From positions 6,373-70,372 of the forward strand of contig DATAES010000151.1 in NCBI GenBank assembly GCA_036257895.1: a stretch of DNA of 64,000 nucleotides, given 5' to 3'. Positions 26,738-35,639 of the stretch are shown one piece after another. The stretch's first letter is position 1. The number at the start of each line of letters is the position of its first letter. The translations under genes and the position numbers were made by a program. The notes under the pieces are model-generated. The model did no database searches, was not told where the DNA came from, and worked only from the letters and a program-made list of their open reading frames with translations. The stretch comes from Acidimicrobiales bacterium (GTDB lineage: Bacteria > Actinomycetota > Acidimicrobiia > Acidimicrobiales > JACDCH01).

Positions 26738-27462
26738 GCGAAGACGCGACACTCGTCCTGGTCGTCGAGAACGACGCCAACATCGTCGACCTCGTCCAGG
26801 CGAACCTGCTGGCACGAGGGTTCGCGGTGATCGTGTCGCGCACAGGCGCCGACTCGGTCGAGCTCGTCGACACTCGCAGTCCGGATGTCGTGCTGCTCGA
26901 CCTCATGCTTCCGGCTGTCGACGGCTTCGACCTGTGCCGAGAGATCCGGGAGCGTTCCTCCGTGGGGATCATCGTCGTGTCAGCTCGTCGGGGCGAGCAG
27001 GACAAGGTCCGCGCACTCAATCTCGGCGCCGACGACTACCTGACCAAGCCGTTCGGGATTGACGAACTGCTCGCCCGCATCAACGCGCTCCTGCGGCGCA
27101 GCCGTCCGCCGGCGCCTCCCGAGGTGCATGCGCCAGTCTCGTTCGGCTCGGTGACGGTCGACCTCGAGGCACAGCTCGTCACCAAGGACGGCGTGGCCGT
27201 CCACTTGACGCCGACGGAGTTCGCGCTCCTGCGCGAGCTCGTGCTCGCCCCCGGCAAGCTGTTGTCGCACGCGACGCTGTTGCGCAAGGTGTGGGGCCCC
27301 GGTTACGAGACCGCGACGGAGTACACCCGCGTGTACGTGCGCAGGCTGCGGGCCAAGCTCGAGGATCCCGACGGTCCGGCTCTCATCGCCACCGAGCCGC
27401 GCGCCGGCTACCGGATGGCGCTCCCCGAGGAGCGACCCAACGAGTCGATGCCGTCACGCTGA
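26734..27462 (+). CDS. OmpR/PhoB-family response regulator, KdpE-like
   Basis: Receiver domain (VLLDLMLPAVDGF, LTKPF) plus winged helix (LTPTEFALLRELV..LLRKVWGPGYETATEYTRVYVRRLRAKLEDDP..GYRM). ATGA overlap with the kinase stop. Confidence 0.95.
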   Translation: MSEDATLVLVVENDANIVDLVQANLLARGFAVIVSRTGADSVELVDTRSPDVVLLDLMLPAVDGFDLCREIRERSSVGIIVVSARRGEQDKVRALNLGADDYLTKPFGIDELLARINALLRRSRPPAPPEVHAPVSFGSVTVDLEAQLVTKDGVAVHLTPTEFALLRELVLAPGKLLSHATLLRKVWGPGYETATEYTRVYVRRLRAKLEDPDGPALIATEPRAGYRMALPEERPNESMPSR

Positions 27463-27480
27463 GCGTGCGCGCCAGGCGGC

Positions 27481-27545
27481 GTTCGCGGTTCGTTCACGTT
27501 GAGGCAAGGATTTCTACATCTCGTTCACATCCGCGTTCCTAGCGT
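27481..27545 (+). promoter_or_regulatory. Candidate response-regulator binding sites and promoter upstream of the ABC importer genes
   Basis: GTTC(A/G/C)(C/T) hexamers at 27481, 27492, 27523 and 27535, paired at 11-12 bp. TCGTTCAC is repeated exactly at 27490 and 27521. Locally AT-richer. TAGCGT (TANNNT) at 27540. Confidence 0.3.
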
Positions 27546-27607
27546 CGCAGCCAAGAGGCACCGCGCCTTCGGTGTCGTGTCATCGGGTACCGCACAGGGG
27601 GAAGCAC

Positions 27608-28822
27608 ATGCGCGTCAGGCATCTCAGGTCGACCGTTGCCCTCGTCACGTTGGGGCTCCTGCTGCTTGCAGCGTGCAGCGACTCCAAGAGCAACACGAGC
27701 ACGAGCTCGGGCGGGAACGGGTCGAACGCGTCGAGTGGCACCATCGCGGCGTCGGACTTCGCGGCCGACTTCGCGGCGATGGCCAAGGTGAAGGATCTCG
27801 CAGCCAAGGGCAAGGGCCTCATCGGGGTCCTGTTGCCTGACACGACGACCTCGGCGCGCTACGAGTCGTTCGACCGCCCATATCTCGAGAAGGCGTTCCA
27901 GACCGCGGGGCTGTCCAAGGACCAGTACAAGATCGACAACGCTCAGGGCAGCGCGTCCACCATGCAGACGCAAGCCGAGGCCGACATCACGAACGGGGCC
28001 ACCGTGCTGTTGGTCGATGCGCTCGATTCGGGCAGCGGCGCGGCGATCGAGTCAGCCGCCGCGGCCAAGGGCGTCAGGGTCATCGACTACGACCGCCTCG
28101 TGAAGGGGGGCGACCCCGACCGGGTGTACGTCAGCTTCGACAACGTGGAGGTCGGCAAGCTCATCGGCCAGGGCTTCATCGACTGCGCCACCGACTGGAA
28201 GGTGGCGAAGCCGAACGTTCTCGTGATGGACGGCGATCCCACCGACAACAACGCCGGCCTGTTCGCGCAGGGCTACAACGGCGTGCTCCAGCCGAAGTTC
28301 GATTCCGGCGACTACGTGAAGGTCGGTGAGCCGGCAGGCACGTGGACCCCGACGGTGGCAGCCACCACGTTCGAGCAGCAGTACACGGCCAATCCCAACA
28401 TCAACTCGGCCGTGACGCCGAACGACGACAACGCGAACGCGGTGATCGCGAGCCTGCAGCGCCAGCAGATCCCGGCAAAGACGTTCCCGACGACCGGGCA
28501 GGACGCGTCGACATCCGGGCTCCAGAACATCCTGAAGGGCTACCAGTGCGGCACCGTCTACAAGCCGATCTACCTCGAGGCCCAGGCCGCGGCCGCAGTC
28601 GCCATCTACATGCGGGCCGGTGAGGATCCGCCGTCGGCGCTGGTCAACGGCACGACGAAGGACACGCAGGCGAACACCGACGTGCCGTCGGTGCTGCTGA
28701 AGCCGACGTGGGTCACGGTCGACAACATGTCGGCCACCGTCGTCAAGGACGGTGCCGTGACGGTCGCGGCGCTCTGTGTCACTGCCGTGGCCACGCAGTG
28801 CTCTGCGGCGGGGATCAAGTAG
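27608..28822 (+). CDS. Sugar ABC transporter substrate-binding lipoprotein (XylF/RbsB-like, CUT2 type)
   Basis: ATG 27608 lies after GGGGGA. Lipobox LLLLAAC. Periplasmic-binding core IGVLLPDTTTSARYESFDRPYLEKAF...VRVIDYDRL. Confidence 0.9.
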   Translation: MRVRHLRSTVALVTLGLLLLAACSDSKSNTSTSSGGNGSNASSGTIAASDFAADFAAMAKVKDLAAKGKGLIGVLLPDTTTSARYESFDRPYLEKAFQTAGLSKDQYKIDNAQGSASTMQTQAEADITNGATVLLVDALDSGSGAAIESAAAAKGVRVIDYDRLVKGGDPDRVYVSFDNVEVGKLIGQGFIDCATDWKVAKPNVLVMDGDPTDNNAGLFAQGYNGVLQPKFDSGDYVKVGEPAGTWTPTVAATTFEQQYTANPNINSAVTPNDDNANAVIASLQRQQIPAKTFPTTGQDASTSGLQNILKGYQCGTVYKPIYLEAQAAAAVAIYMRAGEDPPSALVNGTTKDTQANTDVPSVLLKPTWVTVDNMSATVVKDGAVTVAALCVTAVATQCSAAGIK

Positions 28823-28835
28823 TCGACGCTGGGGG

Positions 28836-28870
28836 GACGCGGTGGACGAGGGCTTCTCGTGCACCGCGTC
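28836..28870 (+). other. Intercistronic stem-loop between the binding-protein and ATPase genes
   Basis: GACGCGGTG-G-ACGAG ggctt CTCGT-G-CACCGCGTC: 9+5 bp stem with one G-G mismatch and a 5-nt loop, 14 nt after the SBP stop. Confidence 0.5.
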
Positions 28871-28932
28871 CGCCGGCGAACCACAATGCAGCTGTGCCAG
28901 TTGGTCGGTGAGGCCCGGGGAGGAACCAGGTC

Positions 28933-29748
28933 GTGAACCCGGACGCCACTGTGCAAAGCGAACCCGAACGAACGTCGTCGAGCGCCAGCCCGTTGCTCCG
29001 TCTCGAGGGCATCGGGAAGAGCTTCGGCAACGTGCACGCGCTCGTCGACATCGACCTCGACATCCTCTCGGGCGAGGTCATGGCGTTGACCGGCGACAAC
29101 GGCGCCGGCAAGTCCGTGCTCATCAAGTGCATCGCCGGCATTCACAGCCCTGACACCGGCAGAATCCTCTGGGAGGGGACGCCGGCTCACCTCCGGTCCC
29201 CCCGGGACTCGTCGGCGCTGGGCATCGAGACCGTCCACCAGGACCTCGCGCTCTGCGACAACCTCGACATCGTCCAGAACATGTTCCTCGGTCGCGAGAA
29301 GGTGCGGCACCACGCCCTGGACGAGGAGGACATGGAGCGCGCCGCGGGCCAGACCCTCGGCGGGCTCGCGGTCACGACAGTGCGTTCGGTGCGTCAGCTT
29401 GTCGCATCGCTCTCGGGCGGCCAGCGTCAATCGGTCGCCATCGCGAAAGCGGTCCTCTGGAACTCGAAGCTGGTGATCATGGACGAGCCCACCGCCGCGC
29501 TCGGCGTCGCGCAGACGCGGATGGTCCTCGATCTCGTGCGCCGGCTTGCCGACCGAGGGCTCGCAGTTCTGATCGTGTCGCACAACATGAACGACGTGTT
29601 CCAGGTGGCCGACCGCATCACGGTGCTCCGTCTCGGGCGCCTCGTCGCGGTGCGGCCTCGGGCGGAGATGGATCCCCAGATCGCGGTCGACCTCATGACC
29701 ACCGGCGTGTCGACCCGAACGGTGAAGATGGCCGATGACCGCGGTTGA
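28933..29748 (+). CDS. Sugar ABC transporter ATP-binding protein, single NBD (half the size of canonical CUT2 ATPases)
   Basis: 271 aa. GDNGAGKSV, VHQDLALCDNL, LSGGQRQSVAIAKAV, IMDEPTAALGV and VSHNM. GTG start after GGAGG. Confidence 0.9.
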   Translation: MNPDATVQSEPERTSSSASPLLRLEGIGKSFGNVHALVDIDLDILSGEVMALTGDNGAGKSVLIKCIAGIHSPDTGRILWEGTPAHLRSPRDSSALGIETVHQDLALCDNLDIVQNMFLGREKVRHHALDEEDMERAAGQTLGGLAVTTVRSVRQLVASLSGGQRQSVAIAKAVLWNSKLVIMDEPTAALGVAQTRMVLDLVRRLADRGLAVLIVSHNMNDVFQVADRITVLRLGRLVAVRPRAEMDPQIAVDLMTTGVSTRTVKMADDRG

Positions 29749-31027
29749 CGAGCCCGAACCGGCCGCGGTCGACCACGAACTGGTCGAGGCGGCCGTCGCG
29801 GAGACCGAAGTCACCGAGCCGCCCGAGGCCGTCGCCGAGACCCTCCGCGACTACACGCGGGTGGTGTACGTCCGCATCAAGTCGGGCGACAGCGGCGTGC
29901 TCCCGGTGGTCGGCGGGCTGCTCCTCATTTCGATCCTGTTCCAGTGGCTGAACCCGAACTTCCTGACAGCCGGGAACATCGTCAACCTGCTGATCCAGGG
30001 CGCGCCGTACATGCTGCTGGCAATGGGTGAGATCTTCGCGCTGTTGCTCGGCGAGATCGATCTGTCGATCGGCTTCGTCAGCGGCATCGGCGGTGTCGTC
30101 ACCGCGGAGTTGGTGAAAGAGTCGACCGGCTGGCCCTGGTGGGCGGCGATCCTGGCGGGTCTAGTCGTCTGCGCGCTGATTGGCCTGCTGCAGGGAACGA
30201 TCATCACTCGCTTCGGCCTCCCGTCGTTCGTCGTGACACTGGCCGGTCTGCTCGGGTGGCAAGGCGTGATGTTGCTGATACTCGGTCAAGGCGGCTCGCA
30301 GCCGATCAACGACGACGTCATCAACAACATCACGAGCGGCAACCTCACACCCGCGGGCAGTTGGCTAGCGATGATCGCGATCGTCGCCGCGTTCGGCGCG
30401 CGCACGTGGTTCCGCGAGGCGCGCCGGCGCGCGTCAGGTCTCGTGGCTCCGCCCGCGGTCGTGACGGTGATCAAGATCGCGGCTTCGGCGGTCGCGGGCA
30501 TCATCCTCGTGATCATCTGCAACACCGATCGCGGGCGGCTCGTGCCGATCCAGGGCGTGCCGTGGGTCGTGTTGCTCGTGCTGGCGGTGCTGACCGCGTG
30601 GACGTTCCTGCTCGGTCGCACGCGCTTCGGTCGTTACGTGTATGCCATCGGCGGCAACGCAGAAGCAGCACGCCGCGCCGGTATCAACCTCTCTCGCATC
30701 CGCACGATGTGCTTCATGCTGTCGTCCTTCACAGCCGGCATCGCGGGCATCGTCACTGCGTCACGGTTGCGCTCGGTGTCCACGTCGCTCGAGGGCGGAA
30801 CGCTCGTGCTCTACGCCGTCGCCGCGGCCGTGATCGGGGGCACGAGCCTGTTCGGCGGGCGGGGCAAGGCGATCCACGCCGTGCTCGGCGGCCTCGTGAT
30901 CGCGGCGATCGACAACGGCATGGGCCTCCAGGGCTACAGCGCGGCGGCGAAGTACGTGGTGACCGCGCTCGTTTTGCTGGCTGCGGTCACGATCGACGCC
31001 GTGGCCCGGCGCAACGCCGCGCGCTGA
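29735..31027 (+). CDS. Sugar ABC transporter permease (XylH/RbsC-like)
   Basis: 430 aa, multi-TM. NIVNLLIQGAPYMLLAMGEIFALLLGEIDLSIG, and C-terminal GGTSLFGGRG. Overlaps the ATPase gene by 14 nt. Confidence 0.9.
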   Translation: MTAVDEPEPAAVDHELVEAAVAETEVTEPPEAVAETLRDYTRVVYVRIKSGDSGVLPVVGGLLLISILFQWLNPNFLTAGNIVNLLIQGAPYMLLAMGEIFALLLGEIDLSIGFVSGIGGVVTAELVKESTGWPWWAAILAGLVVCALIGLLQGTIITRFGLPSFVVTLAGLLGWQGVMLLILGQGGSQPINDDVINNITSGNLTPAGSWLAMIAIVAAFGARTWFREARRRASGLVAPPAVVTVIKIAASAVAGIILVIICNTDRGRLVPIQGVPWVVLLVLAVLTAWTFLLGRTRFGRYVYAIGGNAEAARRAGINLSRIRTMCFMLSSFTAGIAGIVTASRLRSVSTSLEGGTLVLYAVAAAVIGGTSLFGGRGKAIHAVLGGLVIAAIDNGMGLQGYSAAAKYVVTALVLLAAVTIDAVARRNAAR

Positions 31028-31029
31028 GG

Positions 31030-31719
31030 TCAGAAGCGGAACTCGACGCCGCCGATCCGGCGGGTTCCGTCGCCAGATCCGCGTAGGTCGACGGCGGCGA
31101 GTCCACCCGTTCCGTCGACGATGCGAAGGCTCGCGTTGTCGAGCTCGATCACGCCCTCGACGACGGGCAGGGCGAGGATCTCACTCCACCGGGCTGCGAC
31201 CTTGTCGGCGTCCGGTACGCGCAACTCGACGCCGGAGATGCCGTCGACGGTTTCGGTGCGAACGGCGCGCTGCCAGTCGGGACCCGCCGGCATCCATGGC
31301 CCGTTGAAATCGTCGCCTCCCGGCTGGAAGTCGATCTCGAGGAACGACCCACCCGTGTCGCTCGGGTGAAGTTGCATGATCTTGTAGCCGTGCTCGTCGG
31401 CGTCGAGGACCTTGCGCATGCCGAGTTCCTCGGCGCGGGCGCGCACTTGCTCGTGCTCGTCGGTGTGGCAGATCACCATGTAGCCGCCGTCGCCACCGAG
31501 CCGGTCGAGCTGCCGGCCTGCGGCGGTGCCCTCCTTCGTCGGTGACACGACCTCGACGAACTGGGTCCCCACCGGCAGCACGGCGTTGCGCAGCCCGAAT
31601 GTCGCGACAGCAGGATCGTTGAACGCGACTTGCAACCCGAGCTCGCGCCCCAGGTCAGCGACGACTGCGTCGAGGTCGCGTGCAACGAGCGCGACCTGTC
31701 GCAGGCGGATCCACGTCAT
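31030..31719 (-). CDS. VOC/glyoxalase-like domain protein
   Basis: 229 aa. [35 protein letters not shown] overlap with the upstream hydratase. Confidence 0.7.
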   Translation of the reverse strand: MTWIRLRQVALVARDLDAVVADLGRELGLQVAFNDPAVATFGLRNAVLPVGTQFVEVVSPTKEGTAAGRQLDRLGGDGGYMVICHTDEHEQVRARAEELGMRKVLDADEHGYKIMQLHPSDTGGSFLEIDFQPGGDDFNGPWMPAGPDWQRAVRTETVDGISGVELRVPDADKVAARWSEILALPVVEGVIELDNASLRIVDGTGGLAAVDLRGSGDGTRRIGGVEFRF

Positions 31720-32483
31720 CGAAACACCGGCTTGCGCTTCTCGACAAAGGCGCGGAACGCCTCCGCGGTGTCCTCGCTCGCCGCGATCTTCAGGTGACGC
31801 TCTGCCTCGTAGTCGACGAAGTCGGCGAACGACATCCGTTCGGCGGCCACGTAGTTCCTCTTCAACCCCAGTAGCGCGGTCGGCGACTTCTCGAGGAGCG
31901 TGGTGAGCACCTCCTCGGTGTCGGCTCTGAACGACTCGTCAGGGAAGACGCGCGCCACCAAGCCGATCTGGAGCGCTTCCGCAGCGTCGATACGCCGCGG
32001 CAAGAAGGACAGGTCGCGCGCTCGCGCCGCGCCGACGATGCGGGGGAGCGACCATGGGATCGCCATGTCGCCGGCCACGGCAACGTCGAGGAACGCGGTG
32101 TTGAGTCGAGCACCGGCGGACATCACCCGCAGGTCGCACGCCAGGGCCCACCCCAAGCCGGCGCCCGCACACGCGCCGTTGATCGCCGCGACGGTGACGG
32201 CGCGGATCTCGTGCAGCAGCGTCGTCACCACGAACTCGCGTGACGTGAGCCGCTCGTCGGCCTCGCCACTCGTGAAGTGCTTGAGATCGGCTCCGGGACA
32301 GAACGCCTTGCCCTCGCCGGTGAGCACCAGCACGCGGATCGACGCGTTGCCCGCCGCCTGCTCGAGCGCGTCGCGTGCTTCGCGCACCATCCTGTTCGTC
32401 ATCCCGTTCATGTTCTCCGGCCGGTTGAGCGTGAGCCGCGCGAGCCCGTCGGACACCTCGTAACGCAGGGTCTCGAAATCCAT
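31716..32483 (-). CDS. Enoyl-CoA hydratase/isomerase (crotonase)
   Basis: ATG 32483 ([10 protein letters not shown]). [14 protein letters not shown] and [21 protein letters not shown]. Confidence 0.9.
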   Translation of the reverse strand: MDFETLRYEVSDGLARLTLNRPENMNGMTNRMVREARDALEQAAGNASIRVLVLTGEGKAFCPGADLKHFTSGEADERLTSREFVVTTLLHEIRAVTVAAINGACAGAGLGWALACDLRVMSAGARLNTAFLDVAVAGDMAIPWSLPRIVGAARARDLSFLPRRIDAAEALQIGLVARVFPDESFRADTEEVLTTLLEKSPTALLGLKRNYVAAERMSFADFVDYEAERHLKIAASEDTAEAFRAFVEKRKPVFR

Positions 32484-32531
32484 CACGCTCACTGTCGTGC
32501 ATCGACCGCGCCACTGTCCACGTCCCCCGGT

Positions 32532-32582
32532 CGAACTCCGGGTCGCCGTGGCCCCTATAGGGGCCACGGCGCACCAACATTG
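32532..32582 (-). repeat. REP-like palindromic element, family A copy 2
   Basis: The reverse complement matches the family A consensus with 2 differences. Confidence 0.9.
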
Positions 32583-32609
32583 CCAGACGATGGTCTACGG
32601 GGGTGGGTA

Positions 32610-32966
32610 CTACTCGGCGCTTCTCAGCACGCAGAGCTCGTTGCCTTCCGGATCCGCGAGCACGATCCACGTCTCCTCGCCGGTCTGCCCGATGTCGACG
32701 CGCGTCGCGCCCATCGACTCGAGTCGCGCCACCTCGGCATCACGATCGTCCGGACGGAGGTCGAGGTGGATCCTGTTCTTCGCGGTCTTGTCGTCGCGCA
32801 CTTCGAGAAAGAGAAGGGTCGCTCCGTTCGCGCCACCCTTCGGCTGGATCCAGATCTCATCCGGTTCTTCGCCGCCGACCTCGTAGTCGAGCGCCTCCGC
32901 CCACCATCGTGCGAGTGCATGCGGATCATGCGCATCGATCGTCACAGTTTCGAGGCGCAAGGTCAC
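32610..32966 (-). CDS. VOC family (glyoxalase/bleomycin-resistance fold) protein
   Basis: 118 aa. VTIDAHDPHALARWWAEAL..NRIHLDL..VLADPEGNELCV. Confidence 0.85.
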   Translation of the reverse strand: MTLRLETVTIDAHDPHALARWWAEALDYEVGGEEPDEIWIQPKGGANGATLLFLEVRDDKTAKNRIHLDLRPDDRDAEVARLESMGATRVDIGQTGEETWIVLADPEGNELCVLRSAE

Positions 32967-32997
32967 GGAGCGAACCTCCGATTCGCTGAACCAGCCA

Positions 32998-33897
32998 TCA
33001 TCTCGGAATCGGGAAGATCACGTCCTCGTCCGCCATCCCGGCGGCTGCATCCGCGCGGTCCTCGGCAGCCATCGGGGTGAACCGCTCGGCAGCTTCGAGC
33101 ACGCGGGGGAGCAAGCCGAGATCGCCCGGTGTGCAGAACGCGTGCACGCCGGGTGTCGACAGCGCGAACGACACGCCCCGTTCGATGCCGTCATCGTCCT
33201 TCTGTGGCTCGTACCACGACGTTGCCCACCGGTCTGCAGTGGCGGGGTCGCCCGCGATCACGTCCGCCAGGGGCCGCTGATCGGGCCATGGCCGGCGAGC
33301 GACGGCCTTGATGACCATCACGCCCAGGTCGCGCTCGGCGCACACTGCGAGCAGCTCCTCGGCGGCTTCTCGGTAGACCGGGTCGGCCCACAGGCGCGGA
33401 TACACCGGGAACATCACCGTGTCGAGGTCGTAGCGCCGCAGCGCTTCGAGAAACGTGCGCGGCACCGTGAGGTCGTGGCCCGTGATGCCGGCGAAGCGGC
33501 ACTTGCCTTCGTCGCGCAGCTGGAGGATGCGCTCGATGCCAGGGGCGCGGTTCTCGAGCTCGTCGAGTGTGGTGACGGCGTGCGCTTGGTACAGGTCGAG
33601 GACGTCGCAGCCGAGCAGTCGCCGGCTGTCGTCGAACTGGTCGACGACACCATCCGGATTCGATCGCAACGTCTTGGCCGCGACGAACAGCTCGTCGCGC
33701 ACCGCGGGAACGGCAGGGCCGACGGCCTTCTGCGCGTCGCCGTACTGCGGCGCGATGTCGAGGTGGTTCACACCGTGTTCCATCGCGAGTGTGAGGCCCC
33801 GAGCACCTTGCTCTTCCGAGGACATCCAGAACGCGGCCCCCCCGAGGATGGCGACGCTGCTCTCGTGCCCGGTTCGACCCAGTCGCCGACGCTCCAT
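32998..33897 (-). CDS. Aldo/keto reductase
   Basis: 299 aa. RRLGRTGHESSVAILGG, HLDIAPQYGDA, LDLYQAH. Confidence 0.85.
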   Translation of the reverse strand: MERRRLGRTGHESSVAILGGAAFWMSSEEQGARGLTLAMEHGVNHLDIAPQYGDAQKAVGPAVPAVRDELFVAAKTLRSNPDGVVDQFDDSRRLLGCDVLDLYQAHAVTTLDELENRAPGIERILQLRDEGKCRFAGITGHDLTVPRTFLEALRRYDLDTVMFPVYPRLWADPVYREAAEELLAVCAERDLGVMVIKAVARRPWPDQRPLADVIAGDPATADRWATSWYEPQKDDDGIERGVSFALSTPGVHAFCTPGDLGLLPRVLEAAERFTPMAAEDRADAAAGMADEDVIFPIPR

Positions 33898-33924
33898 TGC
33901 TGCCCCCTCCGGCGCACCCTGTCG

Positions 33925-33973
33925 TTCTTGCGTGCAACGTGGACCCTATAGGGCCGTTCTGCACGCCGAAACG
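33925..33973 (+). repeat. REP-like element, subfamily B copy 2
   Basis: ttcttgcgtgcaacgtggaccctatagggccgttctgcacgccgaaacg. Confidence 0.75.
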
Positions 33974-33982
33974 GCTGGGTGG

Positions 33983-35578
33983 CTAGCGCTTGTGGCGGCG
34001 TTGGCCTTCGAGGCGTTCGCGGATGACCGCACGGCGCTCCTGCAACTCTCGGTACGTGAGCTTCTCGACGGAGTCGTCGAGGCCGAAGCTGGCCTTCACG
34101 CCCGTCATGTCGAGTTGCCACGCGTCGGGATCGAGCCCGAGCTCCGCCGCGATGCGCTCGCCGTGGGCGTTGGCGAAGTGCATCGAGATCTCCGCGATCT
34201 CGCCGAAGATGTCGAGATCCGGCGCGAGCGTTGCGATCGCGCCGTCGAGGAACATCATGTTCTTCACGAACAGCATCAGCTCCTTCGGCAGGCGCGCGCC
34301 GATGCCGAGCAGGGCCTTGATGGTGCGTTGGATCTCCCCGACCAGCTCGTCACCCGTCATCGTCGTCGGGTCGACGGGGGGTCGATCGAGACCGAGGTCG
34401 ATGATGATCGCGTCGAGGTCCGTGTCGGACGGCAGAGCGCCGAGATCGCGCAACGCTCCGAGTTGGCCGCGCACGTCGTTCATCGAGCCAGCGATCAAGA
34501 GTCGCAGGAGCGCCAGACGTTTCGGTTCGGACAGCCGTCCGGTGATGCCGAAGTCCATGAGGGCGGTGCGACCGTCGGCCATCACGAACAGGTTCCCGCC
34601 GTGCAGGTCGCCATGGAAGATGCCGTGGATGAGCGCGCCCTCCATGCCGCCCACCATGCCCGTGCGCACGACCTCGTGCGTGTCGACGCCGGCGTCCTTC
34701 ATGCCGGCGACGTCCTCGAACGCGAAGCCGCGGAGACGTTCCATCACCAGCACGCGACGGGTGACGAGCGAAGGATGCGGCCGCGGGATGACGTAGCCGC
34801 GCTGGCCCAGGAGCGCGAACGCGTGCGCGACCTCGAGCATGTTGTCCGCCTCGAGGCGGAAGTCGAGCTCCTCGGCGATGGTCTCGGCGAACAGCTCGAC
34901 GAGCGCGGGAGGATTGGCGAGCGCCGCGACCGGTATGCGCCCGACGAGGTGCGGTGCCACCCACGACATGACGCGAAGGTCTCGGTGGACCAGCTCGCTC
35001 ACTTGCGGTCGCTGCACCTTGACGACGACCTCCTCGCCGGACACGAGCGTGGCGGCATGCACCTGCGCGATCGATGCCGCGGCCAACGGTGTTCGTTCGA
35101 TCGTGCGGAAGACCGCATTCAGAGGCTGCAGCAAGTCCTCCTCGATGACCCGGCGCACCACGTCGAATGGCTCGGGCGGCACCTGGTCGCGGCACTTCCG
35201 GAATTCCGCGACGAGCGGTTCCGGGAAGATGCCTTCACCCGACGAGATGATCTGCCCGAGCTTGATGTACGTCGGCCCTAACCGCTCGGCAGCAATGCGC
35301 AACCTCCGTGAGATGCCGGCGACCGATGCTTCGGTGCCGCGCTCGCGCACCGCCCACACCGCGACGGGCAGGCCGAGATCGCGCAGCGTCACCAGCATCC
35401 GCCCGCCCGGCGGCACTCGTCGATAGCGAGTCAGCTCCGGCACCGAGGCCCGAACGCTCGCGCGGAGACGATCGACATCTCGGCGCCACGTCAGGGCATC
35501 CAACTCGACGACCCATGGGCCGTGATCGGTGAAGGAGCCGTATTCGACGTCGGGTGATACCTGCGGTGCTGCTGTCAC
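33983..35578 (-). CDS. ABC1/UbiB-family atypical protein kinase
   Basis: GPTYIKLGQIISS, AAASIAQVHAA, VVKVQRP, HGDLHGGNLF and MDFG. Start set at GTG 35578, supported by GC3; TTG 35503 is an alternative. Confidence 0.8.
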   Translation of the reverse strand: MTAAPQVSPDVEYGSFTDHGPWVVELDALTWRRDVDRLRASVRASVPELTRYRRVPPGGRMLVTLRDLGLPVAVWAVRERGTEASVAGISRRLRIAAERLGPTYIKLGQIISSGEGIFPEPLVAEFRKCRDQVPPEPFDVVRRVIEEDLLQPLNAVFRTIERTPLAAASIAQVHAATLVSGEEVVVKVQRPQVSELVHRDLRVMSWVAPHLVGRIPVAALANPPALVELFAETIAEELDFRLEADNMLEVAHAFALLGQRGYVIPRPHPSLVTRRVLVMERLRGFAFEDVAGMKDAGVDTHEVVRTGMVGGMEGALIHGIFHGDLHGGNLFVMADGRTALMDFGITGRLSEPKRLALLRLLIAGSMNDVRGQLGALRDLGALPSDTDLDAIIIDLGLDRPPVDPTTMTGDELVGEIQRTIKALLGIGARLPKELMLFVKNMMFLDGAIATLAPDLDIFGEIAEISMHFANAHGERIAAELGLDPDAWQLDMTGVKASFGLDDSVEKLTYRELQERRAVIRERLEGQRRHKR

Positions 35579-35639
35579 GCCCTGGCCACTCTGCCCGGTG
35601 CAGGTACCATCCGGCCACTCGATCAAAGGGGACAAGCCA

